Below are positions 9,231 through 17,242 of a stretch of 64,000 nt of DNA, piece by piece; positions within the stretch are counted from its first letter, which is position 1, and the number at the start of each line of letters is the position of its first letter. The stretch covers positions 62,614 through 126,613 of the forward strand of contig JAZTXV010000017.1 of NCBI GenBank assembly GCA_045636605.1, in the 5' to 3' direction. The notes beneath the pieces were generated by a model. That model searched no databases. It saw only the letters and a list, made by a program, of their open reading frames with translations, and was not told where the DNA came from. The stretch comes from Eubacteriales bacterium (lineage in GTDB: Bacteria; Bacillota; Clostridia; Oscillospirales; CAG-272). The position numbers and the translations under genes were made by a program.

Positions 9231-9387
9231 ATCCGTTCCCCCTTGAATATTATGTCAAGAACGCATTTGCGTCCAAAATAAATGGTATGTAAGTATTTTA
9301 CTATGTGTTATGCGTGTACAGGTCACAACTTTGTGACAAGGCAGAATATACCGCACCGCACGCACTAAAATATACTTATACATACTA

Positions 9388-9416
9388 ATTATACTACACC
9401 ATATATATTTAGTCAA
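9388..9416 (-). promoter_or_regulatory. Sigma-A type promoter for the MORN gene set
   Basis: On the minus strand: TTGACT, 17-nt spacer, TATAAT. About 150 nt upstream of the 9230 start. Confidence 0.6.
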
Positions 9417-9460
9417 CCATAAAATTGACTGTTTTTAACAAAAAAGGACAAAGAGTCGCT

Positions 9461-9493
9461 CAAAAAAGGACAGAGAGCAAATGCCCTCTGTCC
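9461..9493 (-). terminator. Rho-independent terminator after the EF-G-like gene
   Basis: ggacagag...ctctgtcc stem followed by T6 on the minus strand. Confidence 0.7.
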
Positions 9494-9529
9494 GATTTTC
9501 ATTTTTGAGAGTGATTTTTCAGTCGTCGC

Positions 9530-11575
9530 TTAGTCTAAAGCTCTTGGAGCAACCTTGGCGGCGATTTGGGCGGGAACCTCCTCGTAGCGAACGAAATGGA
9601 AGGTGAAGTTGCCACGGCCCTGCGTCATAGCACGGAGAGCGATTACGTAGTCAACCATTTCCGCCTTGGGAACCTCTGCCTCAACAACGGTATATTTCGG
9701 ATGCTTGAGGTCGGGCTCCATGCCGAGAACTCTGCCACGGCGCTTATTAAGGTCACCCATAACATCACCGACCATCGACTCCGGAATGCTTACCTTAAGC
9801 GTACCGATAGGCTCAAGAAGAACGGGATTTGCCGCTGTCAGCTCCTTGTAAGCCAGGCGAGCCGCAAGCTTGAAGGAAAGCTCGTTGGAGTCAACGTCGT
9901 GATACGAGCCACCCGTGAGGTCTGCCGCAAGGTTTACCATAGGATAGCCGAGAAGCACGCCGACCTTCATAGCCTCCTCAAGTCCCTTTTCAACTGCAGG
10001 GAAGTAGCCCTTCGGCACCTCGCCGCCGACTACGCTTGTAGTAAAGGTAAGACCGTCATTTTCGCTGTGTGAGAAGGTAATCTTAACGTGACCGTACTGA
10101 CCTGCGCCACCCGATTGCTTCTTGTGCTTGCCCTCAACGCTGATTGTTTTCTTAATTGTTTCACGATATGCAATCTTCGGAGTTTGAAGCTTGATTGTTA
10201 CGCCATATCTCGTCTTAAGCTTGCAAACGACTGTATCAAGGTGAACGTCACCGATACCCTTGATAAGAAGCTCGCCCGTTTCGACGAAGTTTTCAAACTT
10301 GACGGTTTTGTCCTCGTCAAGAATTTTTGCAATAGCAGTAGCAACCTTGTCCTCGTCTCTTGCCTCGGTCTTGATTGCCATTGTCATATTAGCCTCTGGG
10401 AATACGATAGGAGCATATTCGATAGAGGATGTAAGGCACAGTGTGTCGTTTGTGTTAGTGTTTTGAAGCTTTGCGATAACACCGATATCACCGCAGGCAA
10501 GAGAGTCAACCTCTGTTTGCTTCTTACCGCAGATGGTGTAAATCTTGGAGAATTTCTCCTCGGCGCCGGTGTTGACATTCTTAAGAACCATGTCCTTCTT
10601 AAGCTCACCGTTCATAACCTTGAAGAAGGAGAAGCGACCAACGAACGGGTCTGCTATGGTCTTGAATACGAACAGGCGACACTCGCCGTCACGCTCGATT
10701 GCGATATCGGAGCCGTCGGGAGCCTTTTCAACTTTTTTTGCCGTATGTCTTGGGAATGAGTTGGCAATAGATGTAAGAATGGAGTAGATGCCACGCATGT
10801 TTTCCGATGAGCCACACCATACGGGAACGATAGAGCCTGTAATCATACCCTCGTGAAGCGCATTTGCACACTCTTCGGGGCTAAAGCGCTCGCCCTCGAA
10901 GAACTTTTCGAGCATTTCCTCGTTGGTTTGCGCGCACGCTTCCATGAAGATTTCCTCATATCTTTGAGCAATTTCAAGTCTTGAAGGAGTCATTTCCTCC
11001 TCTTGACGCTCGCCGTTTGGCAGGTAACGGAAGCATTTCATTGTCATGAGGTCAACCATCATAACGCCGTTTGCTTCCTTTATGGGAATAAATACGGGAC
11101 AAAGAGCATTTCCGAACTCCTCACGAAGCTGATTGAAAACTTTGTCAAAGTCCGCATCGGGATCGTCGCACTTGTTGATAAAGAAGGCTCTGGGAAGACC
11201 TGCGTCAACTGCGTTGTACCAGGAAAGCTCCGTTCCAACCTGCATTCCCGATTTTGCATCTACATTGATAAGGCACGCATCTGAAACACGAAGTGCGCTC
11301 GCAACCTCACCTGCAAAGCCAAGGAAGCCCGGGCAGTCAAGTATATTTATCTTAACGTTGTTCCATTCAAGGTTACAAACCGAAAGACCGATAGAGATTT
11401 GTCTTTTGATTTCCTCGGGATCGTAGTCGGATACCGTGTTTCCGTCACAAACTCTGCCAAGACGGTCTGTTGCGCCTGCACGCCAGAGCATAGACTCGAT
11501 AGTTGCTGTCTTACCGCTTCCGCTATGTCCGACAAGACACACGTTTCTGATGTCGTTTGTTAAGAATTTTGCCAT
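9530..11575 (-). CDS. Elongation factor G family GTPase (EF-G paralog)
   Basis: G1 GHSGSGKT, G3 DCPG, G4 NKCD, then EF-G domain II-V-like sequence. 681 aa. Confidence 0.85.
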   Translation of the reverse strand: MAKFLTNDIRNVCLVGHSGSGKTATIESMLWRAGATDRLGRVCDGNTVSDYDPEEIKRQISIGLSVCNLEWNNVKINILDCPGFLGFAGEVASALRVSDACLINVDAKSGMQVGTELSWYNAVDAGLPRAFFINKCDDPDADFDKVFNQLREEFGNALCPVFIPIKEANGVMMVDLMTMKCFRYLPNGERQEEEMTPSRLEIAQRYEEIFMEACAQTNEEMLEKFFEGERFSPEECANALHEGMITGSIVPVWCGSSENMRGIYSILTSIANSFPRHTAKKVEKAPDGSDIAIERDGECRLFVFKTIADPFVGRFSFFKVMNGELKKDMVLKNVNTGAEEKFSKIYTICGKKQTEVDSLACGDIGVIAKLQNTNTNDTLCLTSSIEYAPIVFPEANMTMAIKTEARDEDKVATAIAKILDEDKTVKFENFVETGELLIKGIGDVHLDTVVCKLKTRYGVTIKLQTPKIAYRETIKKTISVEGKHKKQSGGAGQYGHVKITFSHSENDGLTFTTSVVGGEVPKGYFPAVEKGLEEAMKVGVLLGYPMVNLAADLTGGSYHDVDSNELSFKLAARLAYKELTAANPVLLEPIGTLKVSIPESMVGDVMGDLNKRRGRVLGMEPDLKHPKYTVVEAEVPKAEMVDYVIALRAMTQGRGNFTFHFVRYEEVPAQIAAKVAPRALD

Positions 11576-11600
11576 TGTTCTTTCCTCTTTTCTTTATTTC

Positions 11601-11638
11601 GGCTCTGCCAAACACGAGATTGATTTCGTGACATAGCC
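11601..11638. repeat. Short copy of the dispersed hairpin element (GGCTCTG...CATAGCC)
   Basis: ggctctgccaaacacgagattgatttcgtgacatagcc. Its ends and the cacgagattga core match the long copy at 17073-17242. Confidence 0.65.
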
Positions 11639-11686
11639 TTTATTTAAAGTAAATCGGGCGCTTGCCCAAATAAACCTCATATCATA

Positions 11687-11715
11687 ATTGTATCACTAAA
11701 AAAATTACATATCAA
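11687..11715 (-). promoter_or_regulatory. Candidate promoter of the EF-G-like gene
   Basis: Minus strand: TTGATA, 17-nt spacer, TACAAT. Confidence 0.45.
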
Positions 11716-11802
11716 CCCTTTTTGTGTAATTTTGTTAAAATATACGAAATTGCACCTGACAATTTGTGCAATTTGCACAACAAAAAAGCGCACCAGCAAA
11801 AG

Positions 11803-11829
11803 AAAAAACCGCCTGCTCGGCGGTTTTTT
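11803..11829. terminator. Bidirectional terminator
   Basis: ccgcc tgctc ggcgg stem flanked by A6 and T6. Confidence 0.7.
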
Positions 11830-11838
11830 GATGTATTG

Positions 11839-12552
11839 TCAGATTTCGATAATCTCATAAAAATCCGCATCAAAGACGCAGATGGATTTTACGGTGTGAT
11901 ACGGAATGCCAAAATGGGTATTGTCCGCACCGTAGTGGAAATGCCCTTGAATTACTGCTCTTATCCTGTCGGCGTGTCTTGAAATTATGTCGTTTACCTC
12001 GGTGGCGTTACGCACCTGATGCGCGAAATCCACACACATATCGAGATTTTCGTGGATTAGCACCACGCAAGGCATGCTCGAGCTTGAAAGAGCATCATCA
12101 AGCAAGCGAAGCTGCTCGGGAGGTACGTTGGCGTCGTCCCATTTCTCGCCCGAGATATCAAAATGGCGCATATCGGAGCGATAATTTGCATCAAGAGCGA
12201 CAAGTCTTGTCTGCTCGCCGTCAAGGACAAAGGGAGCGAGGCTCACACCCGCATTTTTGAAATCCTCACGGCTTAAATCGAGGAAATCGTGATTTCCGGG
12301 GACAAGATAAATCGGAAGCGAAAGGGCCTTAAATTGCGATACACACTCCGCCAAATACTCCAAAGCCTGCGCTTTTGTGTCGCCTTGTGCGTGGTCAATC
12401 ATATCGCCGAGGCAAACGCAAGCGTCAACGCCGTTTTCCGCAAAAAGCAAGAGCATTTTTTTAAGGCGCTCAAAGCCCCGCCTCGGCTCTCTGCCAAGCC
12501 CCAGACTTTCCTGCGAGCAGTAGTGCAAATCCGAAAAAATACCGATTTTCAT
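11839..12552 (-). CDS. Metallophosphoesterase (calcineurin-like)
   Basis: SDLH, GDMIDH, GNHD and GHFH motifs. I prefer the start at MKIGIF (ATG at 12552) with a GGAGGA RBS. Confidence 0.8.
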   Translation of the reverse strand: MKIGIFSDLHYCSQESLGLGREPRRGFERLKKMLLLFAENGVDACVCLGDMIDHAQGDTKAQALEYLAECVSQFKALSLPIYLVPGNHDFLDLSREDFKNAGVSLAPFVLDGEQTRLVALDANYRSDMRHFDISGEKWDDANVPPEQLRLLDDALSSSSMPCVVLIHENLDMCVDFAHQVRNATEVNDIISRHADRIRAVIQGHFHYGADNTHFGIPYHTVKSICVFDADFYEIIEI

Positions 12553-12718
12553 AAAATCCTCCGTAAAAATCAACACTATATCTTAATTTTTATCACATCA
12601 CCGATATAAAAATCAAGTATTTTCGCAAAAAATAATCGTCTTATACTTCAAAAACGCCGTTGCCTTGGGCGGAATATTTGTAAATATATAAAAAATTAAA
12701 TTTTTTTGAAAATTTTTC

Positions 12719-12747
12719 TTTACATTTAGATATTTTTGTGGTATATT
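12719..12747 (+). promoter_or_regulatory. Candidate extended -10 promoter
   Basis: TTTACA, 17-nt spacer, TGgTATATT. Confidence 0.55.
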
Positions 12748-12803
12748 ATTTGTGTTAAATAATCTATATGCCTGAAAAAGACATAAAAAGGAAGGTATAA
12801 ATT

Positions 12804-13997
12804 ATGAGTCGTATGGTCGGTACAGTATCAAGAGGTATAAGAGCCCCCATTATTCGTCAGGGCGACGACCTTGTTGAGATTGTTACAAATTCAATTCTTG
12901 AAGCATCAAGAGAGGATGGCTTTGAAATCCGCAACCGTGACATCGTTGCTATGACGGAGGCTATCGTTGCAAGAGCGCAGGGCAACTACGCAAGCGTTGA
13001 CGATATCGCAGCCGACGTTAAGGCTAAGCTCGGTGGAGAAACAATAGGCGTTATTCTCCCGATTTTGAGCCGTAACCGCTTTGCTATCTGTCTTCGTGGT
13101 ATCGCAAAGGGAGCAAAGAAGGTAGTTCTTCAGCTTTCATATCCATCTGACGAGGTGGGAAATCACCTTATCAGTCTTGATATGCTTGATGAAAAGGGAA
13201 TCAATCCCTACACCGACGTTTTGGATCTCAAAAAATACAGAGAGCTTTTTGGCTACGAAAAGCACCCATTCACAGGTATTGACTACGTTGAATACTACGA
13301 GAAGCTTATCACCGAAAGCGGCGCAGAGGCCGAAATCATTTTTGCAAACGATCCCCGTGCAATTCTTAAGTACACAAAGAACGTTCTCGCATGTGACATT
13401 CACTCACGCTTCCGCACAAAGCGCTTACTTAAGAGCGCAGGCGCCGAGGTTGTGTTCGGTCTTGACGAGATTCTCAATACAAGCATAAACGGTAGCGGAT
13501 ATAACGAAAATTACGGTCTTCTTGGCTCAAATAAGGCAACCGAGAACCAAGTAAAGCTCTTCCCAAGAGATTGCCAAGCACTCGTTGAGGCAATTCAGGC
13601 AAGGCTTCTTGACGCAACGGGCAAGCTCGTTGAGGTTATGGTTTACGGTGATGGTGCGTTCAAGGACCCTGTTGGAAAGATTTGGGAGCTTGCAGACCCT
13701 ATCGTTTCCCCCGCATACACCGCAGGTCTTGAGGGAACTCCGAACGAGCTTAAGCTCAAGTATCTTGCAGACAACGATTTTGCAGAGCTTTCGGGCGAGG
13801 CGGTCAAGGAAGCGATAAAGAGAGAAATCGTTAAAAAGGACGGCAACCTTGTTGGAAATATGGCATCTGAGGGCACAACGCCAAGACGCCTAACCGACCT
13901 TATCGGCTCACTCTGTGACCTGACATCAGGCTCAGGCGACAAGGGCACACCTATCGTGTTTATTCAGGGCTATTTCGACAACTACACCACAGAATAA
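12804..13997 (+). CDS. CofE-like (F420-0:gamma-glutamyl ligase family) domain protein
   Basis: The N-terminal pattern ...GIRAPIIRQGDDLVEIV...DIVAMTEAIVARAQGN resembles the CofE/PF01996 fold. Recognised from memory only. Confidence 0.5.
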   Translation: MSRMVGTVSRGIRAPIIRQGDDLVEIVTNSILEASREDGFEIRNRDIVAMTEAIVARAQGNYASVDDIAADVKAKLGGETIGVILPILSRNRFAICLRGIAKGAKKVVLQLSYPSDEVGNHLISLDMLDEKGINPYTDVLDLKKYRELFGYEKHPFTGIDYVEYYEKLITESGAEAEIIFANDPRAILKYTKNVLACDIHSRFRTKRLLKSAGAEVVFGLDEILNTSINGSGYNENYGLLGSNKATENQVKLFPRDCQALVEAIQARLLDATGKLVEVMVYGDGAFKDPVGKIWELADPIVSPAYTAGLEGTPNELKLKYLADNDFAELSGEAVKEAIKREIVKKDGNLVGNMASEGTTPRRLTDLIGSLCDLTSGSGDKGTPIVFIQGYFDNYTTE

Positions 13998-14040
13998 CCC
14001 GACAAGCGTCGAGAGGCGAATTCCTCGTTTATAAAAAAGT

Positions 14041-14079
14041 AACTGCTTCTGCATAGCACGAAGCAGTTTTCTTTTTATT
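14041..14079 (+). terminator. Rho-independent terminator
   Basis: aactgcttc...gaagcagtt stem followed by a T-rich run. Confidence 0.7.
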
Positions 14080-14161
14080 TATCGAGAGCCTCGAGATTGA
14101 AATTTTGCGTTAGCTTGGCGTAATTTGAAAATTAGCCACGAAAAATTTTGTTTGTATGTAC

Positions 14162-14187
14162 GAAAAAAGACGGTCAAGCGACCGTCT
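14162..14187 (-). terminator. Terminator after the LRR surface protein gene (also works bidirectionally)
   Basis: agacggtc aagc gaccgtct stem flanked by A/T runs. Confidence 0.65.
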
Positions 14188-14194
14188 TTTTGTG

Positions 14195-16183
14195 TTATGC
14201 TACTGTGTATTCACCAAGGCCTTCCTTGCCTGATGTGATTTGTGCAGGGGTAAGAATGCTTTGAAGCTTAACCGTGTAGAGAACTGTGTCGCCTCTTGTT
14301 ACCTTGCTTGCCATAGGAGACGAGATTGCGGAGTCCTCTGCGCCGACATACTCCTTTTGGAGAAGCTGGGCGGTGCTCATATCGTCATCTGTGTAAGCAT
14401 AGCCTGCAAATACAAGCTCAAGCGATTCGTGACCTGTCATACCGTTAACGGACACATTACAATTCTTGTAAGTGATGTCAAGAGCAACCTGAAGCGCACC
14501 CTTTGTTGCGTTCAATGTGCCGTCTGCATTAAATATACCATCAGAGCCAAGGTACTTAGGATTGAAGATTACAACGCCGAAGCCAACGCTCTTGCCTGTG
14601 AGTGTCTCGTAGGTAGCAAGGCTATCGTGGCTTACCTGGTAGCCTGTTGCAATTCCGTTGTTATCGGGGCCTGCTGAGTAGCCTGATGCGGTAAAGATAG
14701 CAGAGTAGGATGTCTTTTGGTTAGTTGCAGCATTCCAAACGCTAAATTCCTTGTCAAAGCCGTTAAAGGAGATAAAGGTTGCGGGCACGCTTGTGGCTGT
14801 TGCGCCATAGTAAATTGTCTTTGTGCCTGCGTTCTCGGGGTTAAAGTCGCTAAACGGAGCAACACTCCAGCCGCTCCAAGCGCTTGCCATAGCATTGGCA
14901 TCTGCCTCGGTTCCCTTTATGATAAGGTCAGCCTTTGAGGGCTTTGATGTAACAGATGTCCAGTTGCTTGAGGAAATAATATACTTAAGTGAGCCGCAAT
15001 CCACGAATGTGTTGTTGCCGGAGCTTACCATTGTGTCGGGGAATACGATGTATTCGAGATTGTTACAGCTATAAAAGGCACCGTCTGTACCGATGTTGGT
15101 AAGCACCTTGTCAGCCGCACCGTTTTCACCCTTGATTGTACCGTTGAGAATTACAAGGCTTGTGATGTCTGTGTCACGAAGGGAGTTGTTTCCTATGTAT
15201 GTGATTGTATCAAACACAAGGTCGCCTATAATATTCGGTCCCCAGAATGCAGAACTGCCAATGTATGTTATTGTACGGGGAAGACCGTTAAATACAACAT
15301 TTTTTGAAACGCTGTTGAATGCGTATTCGGAAATCATCTCGACATTCTCGGGGAGAATGACGCTTGTAAGGTTTTTACAGTTCTGGAACGCACGAGGTCC
15401 AACATTCTTTAGCGGAGCACCCGACATATCAACGCTTGTGATAAGCGTATCACGGAATGCGTTTTCGCCAAGAGATTTGATGTTTGGTAGCTTAATGTCG
15501 CCTGAAATTTTTGTATTGTAGAAGCCTCTGCCGATTTCTTCAATGGATTCAATGCTGTTTATTGTTGCAAGTGACGAGCAGCCGTTGAATGCGGCGTAAA
15601 TTCTCTTGATGTTCTTAGAGAAAAGAACGGTGTGGAGATTAGAGTCATACTCGAAGCAGTATTGACCGAGCTGGACAACATTGGATTTTGACATATCAAC
15701 ACTCAAAAGTGTCTTTGTATTGTAAAACTCCGCATTGGAAAAGCTTATCTCGGCAGTGTAATCCTCGCCTGTTGAAGGGTTGTAGCCACGAGCCTCAATT
15801 TCAACCGTTTCAAGGCACTTGAGCTGTCTGAATACATGGTTTCCGATGCTTTTGACCGTCTTTGGAATGAATACCGATACAACAGGGGAGTTAGAGCCTC
15901 CGTTTGCGCCAAAGGCACTGTCGGCAACTGCGGTTACAACATATTTTTCGTCGGTTGTGCCGTCGCCGTCCTTATCGTAATTAACGATTTCGGGGATAAC
16001 GACATTGGTAAGAGTACCGCTTGTTCTGTTTTCGGTGTTTACCGTTGCAGTTCCGTCAAAGCCGGGATAAGCGTCGGTTTTGGTGAACGAGTAATAAATG
16101 CCGTCAACCTCAACCGCACTTACACTGACAGCCAAAAGGCAAACAGCGAAAAGCACCGTAACAAAAAGTAGTAGCTTTTTCAT
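14195..16183 (-). CDS. Secreted BspA-type leucine-rich-repeat (LRR_5-like) surface protein
   Basis: Signal peptide MKKLLLFVTVLFAVCLLAVSVSA. Repeated I/LPxxVxxIGxxAFxxCxxL units. Confidence 0.8.
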   Translation of the reverse strand: MKKLLLFVTVLFAVCLLAVSVSAVEVDGIYYSFTKTDAYPGFDGTATVNTENRTSGTLTNVVIPEIVNYDKDGDGTTDEKYVVTAVADSAFGANGGSNSPVVSVFIPKTVKSIGNHVFRQLKCLETVEIEARGYNPSTGEDYTAEISFSNAEFYNTKTLLSVDMSKSNVVQLGQYCFEYDSNLHTVLFSKNIKRIYAAFNGCSSLATINSIESIEEIGRGFYNTKISGDIKLPNIKSLGENAFRDTLITSVDMSGAPLKNVGPRAFQNCKNLTSVILPENVEMISEYAFNSVSKNVVFNGLPRTITYIGSSAFWGPNIIGDLVFDTITYIGNNSLRDTDITSLVILNGTIKGENGAADKVLTNIGTDGAFYSCNNLEYIVFPDTMVSSGNNTFVDCGSLKYIISSSNWTSVTSKPSKADLIIKGTEADANAMASAWSGWSVAPFSDFNPENAGTKTIYYGATATSVPATFISFNGFDKEFSVWNAATNQKTSYSAIFTASGYSAGPDNNGIATGYQVSHDSLATYETLTGKSVGFGVVIFNPKYLGSDGIFNADGTLNATKGALQVALDITYKNCNVSVNGMTGHESLELVFAGYAYTDDDMSTAQLLQKEYVGAEDSAISSPMASKVTRGDTVLYTVKLQSILTPAQITSGKEGLGEYTVA

Positions 16184-16240
16184 AAATCTCTCCTTGCAGG
16201 GTAGCCCCTGCGGGCATATAAAATATAATTATGTAATGAT

Positions 16241-16269
16241 ATAATACCACATAAAAAATAGTATGTCAA
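16241..16269 (-). promoter_or_regulatory. Promoter of the LRR surface protein gene
   Basis: Minus strand: TTGACA, 17-nt spacer, TGgTATTAT (extended -10). Confidence 0.6.
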
Positions 16270-16287
16270 GACAAATTGCACAAAAAT

Positions 16288-16299
16288 GGGGGGGGGGGG
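16288..16299. repeat. G12 (C12 on the minus strand) homopolymer tract
   Basis: Counted directly as 12 consecutive G. It lies 18 nt upstream of the LRR-gene -35 box. Confidence 0.95.
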
Positions 16300-16359
16300 C
16301 TTGATTTTTGTTAAAATTGCACAAAAGAATTGCCACTCTTGAAAAAGCCCTTGACATAC

Positions 16360-16388
16360 TTGACTTAGAGCGTCAATTGTGTTAAAAT
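16360..16388 (+). promoter_or_regulatory. Promoter of the HAD hydrolase gene
   Basis: TTGACT, 17-nt spacer, TGtTAAAAT. Confidence 0.55.
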
Positions 16389-16415
16389 ACAACCAATACA
16401 CAAAAGGAGCAAAAA

Positions 16416-17021
16416 ATGATAAAGAATGTAGTTTTTGATTTTGGACAGGTGCTCGTTCACTTTGTTCCCGAATATATGGTTGGCGTTTACGAAAAAAATC
16501 CCGAGGACGCAAAATTGCTTTGCGAGGTTGTCTTTGACCGTCTTTATTGGGATAAGCTTGATGCAGGCACAATAGAGAACGAGGAGGTTATGGATGCCGT
16601 AAGGGCACGCTTGCCTGAGCGTCTGCACGAGGTTGCGAGCAAAATTTACTATAATTGGATTTACAACATTCCCGAGCTTGACGGAATGAACGACCTCGTT
16701 TTACACCTCAAAAACGACCACAGGGTAGGGCTTTTTCTCCTTTCAAATATTTCAAAATACTTTGCCGAGCACCAAGGTGAAATTCCAATTCTTTCCCACT
16801 TTGATGGGCTTGTGCTCACGGGCCCTATCGGCATTGTAAAGCCGACAAGGGAGATTTTTGCATACCTGTGCGAGAAATTCGACCTTAACCCCGACGAAAC
16901 AATTTTTATTGACGATAACGAAAATAACATAAAGGGTGCGTCCGCCTTTGGTATTCACACCTACCACTTTGACGGAAACGCACAAGGATTAAGAGAATAT
17001 CTTGACAAAATTCTGAAATAA
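16416..17021 (+). CDS. HAD-superfamily hydrolase (subfamily IA-like)
   Basis: VVFDFGQVLV motif I, LSN motif II, and a C-terminal FIDDNENNIKGA motif III/IV. Confidence 0.8.
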   Translation: MIKNVVFDFGQVLVHFVPEYMVGVYEKNPEDAKLLCEVVFDRLYWDKLDAGTIENEEVMDAVRARLPERLHEVASKIYYNWIYNIPELDGMNDLVLHLKNDHRVGLFLLSNISKYFAEHQGEIPILSHFDGLVLTGPIGIVKPTREIFAYLCEKFDLNPDETIFIDDNENNIKGASAFGIHTYHFDGNAQGLREYLDKILK

Positions 17022-17040
17022 GTCACCCTGTATCTAAAAA

Positions 17041-17067
17041 AGCGGAGCATTTGCTCCGCTTTTTTTA
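17041..17067 (+). terminator. Rho-independent terminator
   Basis: agcggagca tt tgctccgct stem followed by T7. Confidence 0.8.
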
Positions 17068-17072
17068 CTTCA

Positions 17073-17242
17073 GGCTCTGTCCCAACACGAGATTGATTTT
17101 TGACGGAAAACAACCTCGAAATACCGTGTTAAAGCTCGGTTACAGACAACTAAAGAGTATGCGCCCTCGCTTCGCCTTGTATTTCTTCGTTCTTTCCTCG
17201 TCAAAAGCACTTTGTTATTCAACTCTTAGCTGTGACATAGCC
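17073..17242. repeat. Long copy of the dispersed hairpin element (GGCTCTG...CATAGCC), MITE/REP-like
   Basis: Its ends ggctctg / catagcc are imperfect inverted repeats. Contains cacgagattga (17086-17096) and agctcggttacagacaactaaagag (17133-17157), both found elsewhere in the window. Confidence 0.6.

Noticed and set aside
9530-11575. Tet(M)/Tet(O)-type ribosomal protection protein.
   Set aside because: The P-loop is GHSGSGKT, not the AHVDAGKTT of Tet(M)-like proteins. Length and sequence fit the generic EF-G paralog class, with no specific resistance-protein signatures visible.
16180-16628. Minus-strand ORFs 16180-16572 and 16365-16628.
   Set aside because: They run through the divergent promoter region and the G12 tract, antisense to the HAD gene. 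They have no RBS and an implausible composition.
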